This document shows, piece by piece, positions 34,346 to 46,600 of a DNA stretch of 64,000 nt. The translations under genes were made by a program, and so were the position numbers. The notes under the pieces are model-generated. The model had not been told where the DNA came from, searched no databases, and saw only the letters and a list, made by a program, of their open reading frames with translations. The first letter of the stretch is position 1; the number at the start of each line of letters is the position of its first letter. The DNA comes from Oikopleura dioica (Eukaryota > Animalia > Chordata): the NCBI GenBank assembly GCA_907165135.1, contig OU015567.1, positions 10,168,001 to 10,232,000 of the forward strand. The letters are read 5' to 3'.

Positions 34346-36150
34346 CTACGGTCCATTTCGAAATCGTCGATGAATCTCAAATTGTCGAGTCGTCGAGAAG
34401 CGTGACCACTGTGCTCGGTGATGCTGGCCAAAGCTAAATCCGGCATCTTACCGTTTTGTAGAAAGAGCAGATGGCGACGATCGGAATGCAGGTAGAAGTG
34501 GCGTCCATTTAGCATCATCTCCGGACACTCGCATCCCCATTCAATCGCAAAGTGTTCTTTGTGAGTGTTGGAATCCGCGGCTAACCAATATGCCCATTTT
34601 GGAGGGCGAGCCAATCGCATTTGTAGCTCCTGTAGCGCGAGATTCGCGTTTTGTGGCCATTTGGAAACGGCTGTGTCAGTCGCCGAGTTTCTGACTGAGT
34701 AAAGTGGCACAATGCGATGAGAAAAGCTGTCTGTTGCGTTCTTTTCTCCCACTGTCGTTTCAAAAAATGGTCGAACCCAAAGAGGCTCAATTACCGACGT
34801 GAGTTCCTTTAAGTTCCCTGGGGGTTCCATCATCCGCGGTTTCAACAGATTTTCTGGGCCTGGCCTAGCCTCAGACTGCGCGGTGTCTCGGCCAAGGAGT
34901 CTCGCCGGTGGGGGTCCTTTTGTTTCCGCCCCGAACGGAAAATTTCCCGGTTGACCATTCCGAAGCAGCGAAGCCTCATCTTCCTGTTGTGACTTGTCGC
35001 TATTGTCCGGAAATGTGATGTTTAGCACCTCTTTTACTCGCTTCGCTGGGCATCCTTGGTCACGGGAGTTTGGTGATGCAGCTAACGTAAACTTTTTGTT
35101 GTCCGCGGTAACGTTTGTAGCTTTAGATCGCTCATTGTGGGTGATTCGGAAACATTTGACTCGACTTTGAGCCACACCCTTGAGTTTTATCGTTTGGGAC
35201 TTTGTCTTCGTAACAGAGTTGTCGAAATATAACGTAAGAGTTCTTAACTTGTTGTCGACGGCGAGTCCGTCAATCGCCGCGTTGTCGAGAACGTCTCTGC
35301 CCAGTAGATTCGGAAAACCGGCGGGCGTAACCACCAGTTCGACCTTGATTTGTGGTCCATCGTTGAAGGAGAACCGGCAATCCAGTAAACCAAGTGGCCT
35401 TTGCGGCGGTGACTTGGGGTCGAATCCAGAAATGTCGAATGGGCAGGGTTGAAGTTGTTTGAGGATTTGGTCGGGTACGCAATCGACTGAAACTGTAGAA
35501 GAAGCAGCTCCACTGTCCACCTCCATCATGGTGTCAAAACTGTTAGAGCCCACCATGATGGTTGTAGCTGCGAAGTTGGACTTGATTGAATTCTTCGACT
35601 TCAGTTGATAGTATTGGAAGGGTTCCAGTTGTTCTTCAATTGTCGTTTTCATCACTTTCCTTTCGGATTTGTCGTCGCAGTCGGTATCTTCGCTATTCGA
35701 GTTTCCGTCTTTCGGGCTCTTCTTTCGCCTGTTCCATCTACCGCCTTTCTTCTTTTGGAAGTTGACGGAGACAGAGGTATCAACTCTGTTTTGGATGGTT
35801 TGTTGTGCCAGACGAGCAAGTTCCTTTATTGAGAAGACGTTGCTCAGGGAAGGAGAAATCTGGTTGAAAACTTCAGGCTCGTTGGATCGTAACTGAAGAT
35901 AGAGCAGCATGGCTTCTATGACTTCGAAGACATCATCGGCTTCTAGGTCTCGATTTTTGTGAGATTTGAAAGCGGCTTTAATCGCCCCTCTCGCCTCTCT
36001 CATCTTTTTCTGGACTTCCGCGGCGTAGTGCGCGGTTGGCTTCGTAGGGTCGAATTCGATGTCCCATACTTCGGATAAGGAGAGGAAGAAGTGGCTTCTA
36101 TCGCCGAAATTTTTTCTAGAATTGTCTTTGCGTCTTCCCAGGTTGAGCAC
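34300..36150 (-). CDS. Retroelement ORF2: Gag C-part, aspartic protease, degenerate RT-connection and RNase H remnants
   Basis: The protease motifs MEVDSGAASS and NLLGRDVL are present. EPPGNLKELTSVI, FSHRIVPLYSV, WPQNANLALQELQMRLARPPKWAY and HFAIEWGCE...MLNGRHFYLHSDRRHLLFL resemble gypsy RT thumb/connection and RNase H consensus segments. Confidence 0.85.
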   Translation of the reverse strand: MLNLGRRKDNSRKNFGDRSHFFLSLSEVWDIEFDPTKPTAHYAAEVQKKMREARGAIKAAFKSHKNRDLEADDVFEVIEAMLLYLQLRSNEPEVFNQISPSLSNVFSIKELARLAQQTIQNRVDTSVSVNFQKKKGGRWNRRKKSPKDGNSNSEDTDCDDKSERKVMKTTIEEQLEPFQYYQLKSKNSIKSNFAATTIMVGSNSFDTMMEVDSGAASSTVSVDCVPDQILKQLQPCPFDISGFDPKSPPQRPLGLLDCRFSFNDGPQIKVELVVTPAGFPNLLGRDVLDNAAIDGLAVDNKLRTLTLYFDNSVTKTKSQTIKLKGVAQSRVKCFRITHNERSKATNVTADNKKFTLAASPNSRDQGCPAKRVKEVLNITFPDNSDKSQQEDEASLLRNGQPGNFPFGAETKGPPPARLLGRDTAQSEARPGPENLLKPRMMEPPGNLKELTSVIEPLWVRPFFETTVGEKNATDSFSHRIVPLYSVRNSATDTAVSKWPQNANLALQELQMRLARPPKWAYWLAADSNTHKEHFAIEWGCECPEMMLNGRHFYLHSDRRHLLFLQNGKMPDLALASITEHSGHASRRLDNLRFIDDFEMDRSFLTSPRLSSRRLIK

Positions 36151-36620
36151 TGGAGGATTTCTTCACCGATCTGTCGTTCGATGGAGATATCGAGGTGTGA
36201 GTAAACGCAGTTCAAGAATGGTTGTAGTCTGCTTGCGTGACCTTCGACGTGTGCTTTGTAAAATATTGAAAGTCGGCCCAGGAAGTTCGTAAATTCTGCG
36301 TGTGAACTTCCATCGAGTTTGGAGGTGTCTGTCATGTATCGTGTAAATGTGGCTGTGATGTGAGCTTCTTCTCGATAATCCGCGGTTGTTTGGTGACCTT
36401 GGGCGAAAGACTGGGAACGGTTGAGTTCGTGTTTGCAGAGGGTTCCCATCATTTGGTTTATCCGGTCCCGTTCCAAGATGTTTTTGTTGATAATCGGACG
36501 CAAGACTGGCTCTTTCGCCGGGTCAGCTTGTATCTGACTCTCAAGGTCGCGGTTCATGTCCAGAAGTAGTGAGATTCGGACGCCCGCTTCGTATATTGAT
36601 CCCGGATCGTTGTCGGTCAT
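36000..36620 (-). CDS. Retroelement ORF1: Gag N-terminal part
   Basis: A 206-aa ATG ORF ~650 nt after the PBS. It overlaps ORF2 at the A6 run (36110-36115). Confidence 0.75.
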   Translation of the reverse strand: MTDNDPGSIYEAGVRISLLLDMNRDLESQIQADPAKEPVLRPIINKNILERDRINQMMGTLCKHELNRSQSFAQGHQTTADYREEAHITATFTRYMTDTSKLDGSSHAEFTNFLGRLSIFYKAHVEGHASRLQPFLNCVYSHLDISIERQIGEEILQCSTWEDAKTILEKISAIEATSSSPYPKYGTSNSTLRSQPRTTPRKSRKR

Positions 36621-37254
36621 AGCTCAAAATGTGCGAAGTCACGAGATCTTGATCAAAAGTTTTACCTTTTGGGCCCTCAGAAATAGCCAGCAACTTTTTA
36701 CGGTTACTGACAATGACGCTGAGGTGCCGATGTACGCGTTGTCGATCTCGGAGTTCTTGTCTTCTCTTGGCAAATTTTCTCTTGCTGGAAGTGTTTTCGT
36801 AAAATTCTCTGTCTTCTGTGTTTTTGTTTTAGTTTCCGCGGCTTTGTGTCTTCTGATTATTTTCAGAGTGAGTGGTGTTTCGTTTTCGCGTGTGTAGGTG
36901 GGCGTTGCGTCACTTGTCCGCGGCGGGGCCTAGGCGGCGGCGTGGTGGCGCGCGCGAGGTGTTGGAGGTGTGTGTGTGGTGAGCGAAGGAGTGGCGCGGG
37001 CGTGTTCCGTTGCTCGGTGCGTGGGTTTGTTGTTTTATTCTCGCGGCGATTTCGGATGGCGGTGATCAGGGCCAACGGAATTTTTGTGCGCGGCGAGAAT
37101 TTCTGTTTTCGTAATTTTCGTAATTTTCTCTTGAAACGGCGTTTCTAGCGGTTCCAAGGAAAATTAGGAGTTGATTCGTAATCCGCGGTCTCTGATTGGT
37201 CGAAACGGCGAAATTTACTCGTCGGAGAAGTCGTCACTTTTCCAGAATCTGGGT

Positions 37255-37267
37255 CTTCTTGACACCA
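37255..37267 (-). promoter_or_regulatory. Primer-binding site, probably tRNA-Leu
   Basis: TGGTGTCAAGAAG starts 1 nt inside the 5' LTR end. It resembles the complement of eukaryotic tRNA-Leu 3' ends (...UCUGACACCA). Confidence 0.75.
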
Positions 37268-37268
37268 C

Positions 37269-37509
37269 TGTAAGAAGTCTGCTAAACTGCCTTTTCCCAC
37301 TGGAAGAATGCCTGCTAATCTCTAAGGACAACAAGGAAGAGTCGGTAGTAGAGTAATCGTTGCTGTATATTTTGTAAAGAAAAGTTGGAAATAAATAACG
37401 AGTTGCTCGGAGGAGGTAAAAGTTACGAATGCCACTTCTGATCGAGCTCGACCGGAGTTGCGCTCGATCAGATAATGATAACGTGGGCGAGAGTCTAGCA
37501 AACCCTATA
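37269..37509 (-). repeat. 5' LTR
   Basis: Direct repeat of 33289-33529. Confidence 0.97.
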
Positions 37510-37513
37510 GATT

Positions 37514-38248
37514 TTACTGCTGAACAACATGGTTTTGCTTGACTTGCTGTTCATGTTGAGCAAGAGCGCAGAAAGTACAGCACCATGCGGTCATCACATC
37601 ACTAAAATATTCGCATCATTCAGAAAACCGCTCAAGAACTTACGAAAAAGCATCCTTTCGAATTCCATATTTGTCTTTTGTTTCTGAGCGTTGCTTGAAA
37701 GTGACAACAGTTACAATCTGAATGAATTTAAATTGTATAAAAATGAAGCATTTTCATACGATTCTTGAAACGGGAATCATGAACCAAGTGGGGATCCCAA
37801 AGATCTGCATCATTCCAGCAGCGAAGCTCAGAACTCCAGCGATTAAATAGCTGACTGTTCGAGGCATGGCTTTTCGACATTATCAAAAATAGTCTCTCGT
37901 CGACCACAAGAAATTTTTAGAACGCTTCCTTTAGTTTGATCAAGCACGACTTGCGTGTCATAAACTGACCAGCATGGGATGAAAAATGCTTTCAGACAGA
38001 TTCCGAAATCGTTGAAGCAGCCAAACAATCCGTTTGAAAACCTTGGTTCTGACACAATTATCGTTTGCTGTTGCTGGACATAAATTGGTTGAGTTCCAGC
38101 CGGCGGAATGGCAGCTGAAAGTTTTTCATGGCAATTTTCTGCTGTTTCTACCTGATGGTTGCACTAAAACTGGTCTCTGAGCAACATTAGGTGCGATGCT
38201 TTGCGGTTGAATTGAGAAAATATCCTGATTGACCTGATTTTTATCCAT
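37514..38248 (-). CDS. PLAC8/cornifelin family Cys-rich protein
   Basis: A Gln/Pro-rich N-terminus is followed by FSNGLFGCFNDFGICLKAFFIPC and a last exon DVMTAWCCTFCALAQHE...VVQQ*. Confidence 0.85.
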
Positions 38249-38419
38249 GGTTTACCCTCTTTTGAGACTGTTTCGAACTTCATTTTAGATATATAATATT
38301 TAAGATTTGTATCCAGGTGAGATTTTTTTTCAAAGAGCAAATAAAACGATTTTTTTCAAAGATGCTATAGTGTTTATTTGCTGAGTCCACCATTTTTATG
38401 TCAGTACTATTCGTTTGAT

Positions 38420-39358
38420 AAAAATTCCACTATCCGTACCCAGTGTACGATTTCCGGCAATGGATCGGTGGTGTCATAGCTTCGGGCAACAGCGCCAAAA
38501 TCGAATCTAATAACACAAAAAATCACTTCTCTAGTATAATAAAAACGCATAATTATGCTAAAACTAACTTTTCTCGTCTACGCGCCACACTCCATGCCAC
38601 TTGGGTTTTTACTCGACAGATGCAGTACTTAGTTAAGAAACTGTACTAAAAGAGAGAAAGTGAAAACCCCAAAAGAAAGCTTCTCGGCGATTTTAAAACA
38701 CTGACGGATTGGATGACATCATTGATTGAAAGAGTCGAAGAGATTGTTCCGAAATGGCAGAGAGGTCAAATGTCAAAGCATCATCGAGTTTTGCCTGTTT
38801 TATACAATATGTAGGGCATGAAAAACGTCAAAACAGGCTTATGTATAATATTTATTCAATTCCAGGGCTGGTAAAAACACAAAAGTCGGAACACCAACAC
38901 TTCCCGAAGCAATGAAAACAGCCGTTGCGAAGATGGCTCCAGATCGACACGTGGCGAATCGAGTTATTATCCTTGTTTCAGCGATGTATCGCTCGGCTGA
39001 TATCCAGGAATGGTCCTCTTTTCATTTATACTATAAATTTTATAGCAGCTGCTACTTATTTGATTTTGACCGTTGAAAGGCTGTTAAAGAAATTGTCCAA
39101 GAAGAAGGCATCGGTCTTATTTCTGTCGGACTTGATGGATCAGTTGGTGCGATGAAGCCGCTCAAAGGATACGACGTTACTCAAATTCGAGAGCTGAACG
39201 GTATTCGCGAGCAGGTAAGTCTGACAAAAGCTCATGCAATTCCTCGTGCTTCTAAAGGTCGAACAATTGCTACAAGGACGAGGCCGCCTGATCCGTCGAC
39301 AGGTCGACTTCTCGATGAACCGAGGCACTCTTCGTCGTTCAAGTTCTACCGAGCTTGA
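38420..39358 (+). CDS. von Willebrand factor A (VWA) domain protein, degenerate MIDAS; limits approximate
   Basis: The exons DFKTLTDWMTSLIE...RVLPVLYN, TPTLPEAMKTAV...NRVIILVS and AVKEIVQEEGIGLISVGL follow VWA secondary-structure order. Confidence 0.55.
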
Positions 39359-39605
39359 GAACATCGCTGACCTAACTCACTTACAAGAAGTGACAACAGA
39401 AGCAGAAGAATGATCGCTATGAAATCCATTTGCCAACCTCAAATTCAATAAAATTTATACAGTATAAATTATACTCATTCATTTTTGCTCTCCTGTTCAA
39501 ATATTTATGAAAAAGGTCAATCAACTTGACTTATCCCGCTCTTGCTAGCACCAAAGTGTGACTTTTTGAAGAAAAAATGAAAAACAATAAGTGGGTCATT
39601 CGGTC

Positions 39606-41740
39606 ATGATTTTCAATTTTTTGATATTGGCAGTTTCAGGACAGCTTTTCAAAATTTTTCAGGAACCTATTTATCTTTAACAGAAATTTGAATTAATTCA
39701 TGATGAGAAAATTTTTGAAAGCGATACTGAGCCGCCGACAGGTATTTACCGCCATGGAAATATCACGGAACAGTCTGGCCTCAACCGCAGTCGATGAAAG
39801 TTTCAGAGAGCTTCAGTACCGTCGATCCAAATATTCAATTTATACTCTCTGCTGATTCTGAGCATTGTGATATTCTGAATGATCTGTTTGAGAGATATCA
39901 GAACCTGATCCGCAGCCATTTCAAATCGCTAGTTTATTCTTACAGCAAGAAATATGGTGACCCCAGTGGCCATGTTGATACAGTCGAAGTGACAGTCAAG
40001 AACTGTGAAGTTGTTCCTTCGCAAAGTATGAACGAGAGCTACTCCCTCGATATCGAGGAGGGAAGTAATTTCGTCAAACTAAATGCTGAAGCTGAATGGG
40101 CAAGGTTTTCGAATCTAATGAAATCAAGGAAGAGAACTCTTAATTCGAAAGCCTTCCGAAGGGAGTGATCAGAGGTCTTGAATCCTTTGCTCAAATGATT
40201 CACCCAATCAACTACGCACCTTCTGTGAATACAACGACGATCACGGATTTTCCCCGATTTCAATTCCGCGGTTTTCTCATCGACACTTCTCGGCATTATC
40301 TTCCGATTTCAGCGATTAAGGCTCACATCAGGTGAAAAAGAGTTTTTCAAAAATGTCAGAATTCGACTTTCTAGCGCTCTATCGTGGAATAAATTCAACG
40401 TCCTTCATTGGCACATTGTTGACTTAGAGAGCTTCCCTTACGAATCCGAAGTGCTTCCTGAACTGAGCTTCCTGGGCGCTTACACTCCCTCCATGTCTAT
40501 ACGATTAACGAGATCAAAGACATTATCGAGTATGCCCGTCAACGAGGTAACCTGAGTTTTCATGTAATAATAAAAATGCTAAACAACTTCCAGGGATCCG
40601 CGTTGTGCCGGAATTCGACACTCCCGGTCACACATCCTCCTGGGGACCCGGCGCTGGTCCAAATTTTTTGACGCGATGTTACGATCAAGATGGCAATCCT
40701 GACGGAACTCTTGGCCCGATCAATCCCATCTACGCGGAGAACTATCTCCTAATGAAACGGCTTCTCACTGAAGTAGCCCAGGTCTTCGAAGATGCTTACT
40801 TGCACCTTGGCGGAGATGAAGTTCCCTTCGGCTGCTGGAAAAGCAACCCAGATATTACTGAATACATGGCTGCAAATAATATGACAACGTATCCCCAGCT
40901 TGAGCAGCAGTGGGTCCAGGGAATGGTCGAAATCGCGGAGAGTTTGAAGAAGCATTATGTTGTCTGGGAAGAGGTGTTTGTCAATGGTGTGAAAATAAAC
41001 AACAATACTGTCGTTGAGGTAACACTAATAACTGAACGGCACAAATGAAGCAAATGCTTGTAGATTTGGAAGAACCACGACAGTTGAATACAACGATGGA
41101 AGCAGTCACAAAATCTGGACACAAGGAATAGTTTCAAATAAACCCGAAGAACTATTCTTTTCAAAGAAAATTTAAATTTTTATCTATTCTTTTCTTGATT
41201 TTGAATTCTAACAGGCTCTTCTTGCGTCGCCTTGGTACTTGAACTACATCTCTTACGGCGTCGATTGGCAAAAATACTACGTAGAAGAGCCAACCGCTTT
41301 CAACGGAACTGAAGAGCAGAAAAAGCTCGTAATGGGTGGCTCAACTGCAATGTGGGGCGAGTACGTTGACGGAACAAACTTGCTCCAGCGAACGTGGCCT
41401 CGCGCGAGTGCTGTCGGTAAGAAGCACTTGAAATTTAGTATTCACACCGCTATCGCCATTTTCCCGTAAATCAAGTGCTTGATCTTCATTTTCTGAACTA
41501 GCTACTGTATTCTACAGGGCGTATTAGAATGAATCTGTATTTTTAGCCGAGCGACTGTGGAGCGCAAAAGAAGTAAGAAGCACTCAAACAGCTTTGCCCA
41601 GATTGAACGAGTGGCGATGTAGAATGCTAGTGCGTGGCCTCCCAGCTGAACCAGCCATTGCAAATATTAATCTCATGCCTGAATATGGATACTGTCCTAC
41701 TCCTTATGATCACACCAACGATTACAGTGGTCATTTTTAA
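39606..41740 (+). CDS. HEXB: Beta-hexosaminidase (GH20), lysosomal type
   Basis: Motifs [67 protein letters not shown] and WGEYVDGTN...WPRASAVAERLWS. Includes a GC-AG intron near 40100. The HEXA versus HEXB assignment is not resolvable by eye. Confidence 0.93.
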
Positions 41741-42541
41741 TTCAAAATAAAGAGATCTTGAGTCAAGATTCTTGACCTATCGTTCTTCTTCGATTTTTAT
41801 ATGAAGAGCAAACTCTATTAATCAAATTTTCAGCTCATCCGGTTAACACCGCCTTTTTACGAGATTCAAGTGGTTTACACCCAAACACGGAAAAGTGATT
41901 TTTTGCTTTTAAAATTCGCGGCGCGGTGCTTTTTTCTCCGGAAGAGCTCTCGACGGGCGACTTTGATTTATAAAAGGCCATCGCTGCATAGAATTAGGAA
42001 AAGAGGGATTGAGATTCTTATCATCTGCGAGCACTCGTGAAAAGGTTAAAGAGCTCGGATTATGGTGTATCATCGGACTGGTCACTTAGCGCGTCCATCA
42101 TCCCGTGAGAAGGTCGCACGAAAATATTAATACCGTTTTTACTCGATTTGCAAATAGCAAACTTCTATGTATTCTCTTTATTTTATAACCGGTCAGTTTG
42201 TTAGTAAGCGAAAATTAATAACGGAACGAGCCATAATTCTATGAAGACAGAAACGAACCATTATTTCTGTAATTTTATGGAAGGGAGCTATCACTCTTTA
42301 TAATCTTGGATCGATCTATTTTTCAGCATAAATACGAAAGAAGGAAAATTCTTTTCACACAGTGATTTGTAAGAATAAAATGACTTTTTCTCAATTTTTT
42401 TACCCCTTCCAATAAAACGAATTTTTAAAAATGTTCAAACGCTACATAAAATACTATTTTTTCTGTTATTAAATGAACCCGATATTTTCGATTTATTAAA
42501 TACGTTTGACTCGTGGAAATTATGAATAAAATTCTTATTAT

Positions 42542-43633
42542 TTATTGTGCGATTATTATCGACACAATGTCGAAGATGCAAACTTCTTGGAGTATCTTGA
42601 GAGGTTTTAATTCTTGAAAAAAGTCTGCCAAAAACAGTAACCCTTGGCATTGAAATTTCATAAATTTTTTATGCTTTGGGTCAACTGGATTAACTGCGGG
42701 GCCGAGCATTCGGCGCAGGTACAAATGCCGGCGAAACAATGCGCATGTCGAGCCAAGGGATTAATGGAAGTGTGGCTATTTACGAAGCGCTAAAAATACG
42801 CTCCCCTCAAAAAATAGACCCGATATATTACCAAGGGGCGTAAATATACCCACGTCGGCTTGATTAACGAGCGGGGCTAGAATTAACGAGCCGCCGATTT
42901 CTTCTTCGGTACAGAAATAGAGGCACTTCCTTGAGTTTGAAACAGATTCAAATTTTGATCGAGCACCGGAAAATGAGCTTAGCGAGGGTGCTCAAAGAAG
43001 AGCTTATAACTTTTTTCAAGGCCTCAAAAGTTGAGTGAACGAGTTGATATCCCTTTTCCGCCGAAATCGCATTTTTGTAATTGCCGCCTTGAGAAACTTG
43101 ATTTTGAGTGGTTGAAATCAATTTTCAATTTTTTTTTGTTGAGAAAAACATTTTCGAGTAAAAACAATCACTTGTCTATTTACAGAAAATGCCAGTAGAT
43201 TAGGTTCGCCTGCTGGATCGACAGATTGTGGCTTTATTTTCTACCCGCATACAGATGAATGTCAAGTAGACAAGATTCTTCTGCAATCAAAATCTGGAGA
43301 AATAAATATTAAATTAATAATCAAATTCGAACCCTCTCTTCTTCCTTCTGTAAGACTTACACGGTGGAACTTGTAAAGGTCACTCTTAATTTTTTTACTT
43401 CATTCTTTCGGTTGAACATAAGTGGACTAAAATTTAATCCGGACTTGTTACGCGAAGCGCAATAAAAGAGCATCGAATTGAGCGACGTCCGCGTTTTGAT
43501 CAAAGCGCATCAACGATCCATCACTGTAACACTGTTCATTCGCAATCCTTGCGAAAGGGAAGCCAGCAGAGTCTTGTGCCCACATTTTATCTTCAAAAAT
43601 TGACCTACAAATTAGATTCCTACATTTTCTCAA
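42542..43633 (-). CDS. Possible multi-exon hypothetical gene
   Basis: Exon-like segments bounded by AG/GT (e.g. SIFEDKMWAQDSAGFPF...DALLLRF and SDLYKFHR). No family recognised and the model is incomplete. Confidence 0.3.
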
Positions 43634-46600
43634 TTCAAAGTAAAAAATAAATTGGGAGTTTATTTGTTTAGATAATAATAAAAGTTCTGAACTCCTATTT
43701 GATTGAAGCCTCTGAATCAGTTAAATAAATTTGTGAGTTTTGATTTTACGCTTTTTGTTAGGGTTTTCACTCTTTATTTCTGATTCTTGGGCAAAATTTG
43801 CTATTTCCACTGTTTTCGTTAATTTCTAATTATAAAGAAAATTTGTTTACAAAAAATATAAATTACAACAATCTCTTCCTTGATATCACTAGCCACTTCC
43901 AATTTACAAAACTCTCACTTCCCAAAATATCAACAAGCCTTTTTTCTTTGAAATCGCCGCGCTAAATGCATGTCAAAAGGCAGTACCTAAAAATTCCAAA
44001 TCACACATTTTACAATGTTGAAAAGTTTCGGCTCCGTGTCAGTATCATGAAGAAATGCGCGTCCTGTGATCGTGCCGCGCTAGTTCGTCTTAAATGAGCG
44101 CCTAGTGCGATGTACTGGCACTTGTCAGAGTCAGTTGCTTCCTGTAGCCGCGTTCTCGTGCATTTCTGAGGAGCGCTCTGCCAGGTGGCGTTGCAGCGCC
44201 AAGGAGCAGCGCTAAACTTGCGCCGCGAAAAACGCGCTGCGCTCAACGCACTAAACAACGATAGTAGCTACTGACGATTTTTTACAGAGATAAACCCTTT
44301 TACATCGACCTTATTAAATAAACAAATAAAGAAAAAAATCGACGCTCAAATAATTTACAAGAAAAAGAAGCAAGAGATCAAAGAAAAATGAAACTCGGCG
44401 GCCTTGGACTTTTGGTAAGCAAAAATATTCATTTGGCTTCTTAGGCCTTACTAGGATTAGGGTTAGAGGGAACCCTTTTTAGTCAAATGAGTTCAGTTTA
44501 AATTTGATTAAAACCGTTCCTTTGAAAGTTTAACTTTCCAGTCACTCCTTTCTATTAATATCAAATTAACTTGAACTAATCTTTGCGACCGAAAGGTGTC
44601 CCTTTGAATACGGAATATTTGAACTGCCATTGAATAGAAAACTGCCTAATGAGTCGAGCTCACTTTTTGGGGGAGCATTAATTCGCGCATCAATTATAGC
44701 CTTGACGTGCCCAAATCTACTCGCCGCACGTTTTATACTCCCAAGTGACCTTTATATCGCTCTGTTTGTATAATGGCAGTAATCCCTTCTTTGGACAGTT
44801 CGTTTCTAAAAAGCATCGATCGCTAAAGAGTATCAAAAACAAAATAGTCAATTCATGAAGATTATTCTGATCGGATAATATTAAATTTTCTAATATTTCA
44901 ATATTAACCAATATGATGAAAAAGCCGCGTCATTATCGAAACTTGAAGTTATCAAAAATGTATCGACTGAAACCGAACCTGTCAAATATTTTTGTTTTGA
45001 CAAATTGACTTCATTCTTTTTCAAATGAAAGACTCTTTAGACTCTTTAGATAAGACGAAAACTTAAATAAAATATCGATTTTTGAAATTAAAAAGCTACA
45101 GAAAAGTCTTAAAATAAGACTATCCTTCACTTAACTCAAATAACTACCCTAGGAAATCAAAAAAATTTTCGTAAATTGCAATTTTAATAGATAGTTTCGC
45201 GAAAATCACAAATTTCCCGCGAACTTTTTGCGATTTCTTGCTCATCGAATATCAAAAAGCAGCTTCATTACTTTCGCATCACCTTGTCGGCTTATCGGCT
45301 TCGTTTTTTTTTTCACGATGATGATCACCGGAAATGACCATTTTGTGCGTTCCGCGGTGGAAAATCGAAAAAAGAAGCGAGCCTTCGATCACAATTTAAC
45401 CGTGACATGCGATCGAGGACCGACACTCTTTTTGAACTTCTTGGAGGCCGCAGTTTTTTTTTCCTTTTGATGAGGGGGAGCATTTTTAGTAGGAAGAAGA
45501 GAAATTGTCCGGAAGTGTTTGGCGAGGCACCCCTCGAGCTCGCGACACGACAAACAATAAATGAATAGATTGGATAGCACTTCTGATGTTTGGGATACAT
45601 AGGCAGGCAAATTTGAGGGAAAGAAGAAAGAGTGGTTTTCTTCACACTGATTTATAAAAATCTTCAGACATTTTCTCCATCTTTTTATTTTCAAGATCGT
45701 TTTTGGTTATTATTCGAGGATTCGGTAAATTTTTTTTGGCTGCGTAAAACGATTCTCGTTTCTTATTGGCTAAAAGCCCCCATCTTCTATAGATAGTCAA
45801 GTTCATTTCAAGGCAAATCTATCTCCTTCTGACTTTCCAGAATCTGTAAGATGTCTGAATGATTCAAATTACCGCATCTTTCCCTGCTTGTACATATTTA
45901 AATACAGTGATTTGTGATCCTTCTGGCGTCATATGTTACATTACATACATTCTGACCCGCCAACTGTCGAAGAAATTAGCAGCGGTCGGGTGCGATTTAT
46001 CAACCCAACTCAGCGTAAACTATTTGACCCTACAGGTGGACGGGGCTTGCGCTTCCATCGAATGATCCATAAATAATAACAGCTCTTGAAAAGTGGTTCA
46101 AAACGTGTGTCCTCCAGCTTTTACCGTTGCTGGAATGCTAATTGCTCACTTTTTGGACTAAATAATCAACGCTTCAGCATTTCTTCCTCCTCCTTATTTT
46201 TGTATTTTCAAGCCAGATATCCTAAACATTCGGTTTTCTCCCGGACATTTCGCAGCGTAAATCCCCGCGCTCGAGTACTGATCATCCTGCTCGAGCACTT
46301 TCTTAGCGCCGCCCTTCATCTTTTCAAGAAAAAAATTTCGATTTCCCTCGATACAACTCTTGGCCACAATTCAGTAAAAAGAGTGTTCGATGCACTTGAG
46401 TTTCTCTGTTGCTATTTGCGCCCATTGTTATTGCTCCGTTTTCGAAAATGGTAATTTCAAGGGCCCATGAAGAGGAGCAGCTTATTATTACTCGGGGTGA
46501 GAATTAGTTTTGCAAGAAAGGTGGCTTAGTTATGAAATGTTTGGGGCTAAGCGGAATATGGAGATCCACCGGATGATCCGGCCGACGCTTCGGCTCTTCG

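Larger units (their letters stand above)
33289..37509 (-). mobile_element. Non-autonomous Ty3/gypsy-type LTR retrotransposon, 4221 bp
   Basis: Two 241-bp LTRs differ at 1 position. There is a PBS next to the 5' LTR, a PPT next to the 3' LTR, and gag/protease ORFs. The flanks share GAT (33286-33288 and 37510-37512). Confidence 0.95.

Noticed and set aside
36630-37150. Long stop-free frames in the GC-rich retroelement leader
   Set aside because: There is no ATG on the element strand, and stops separate them from Gag, so they are best treated as untranslated leader.
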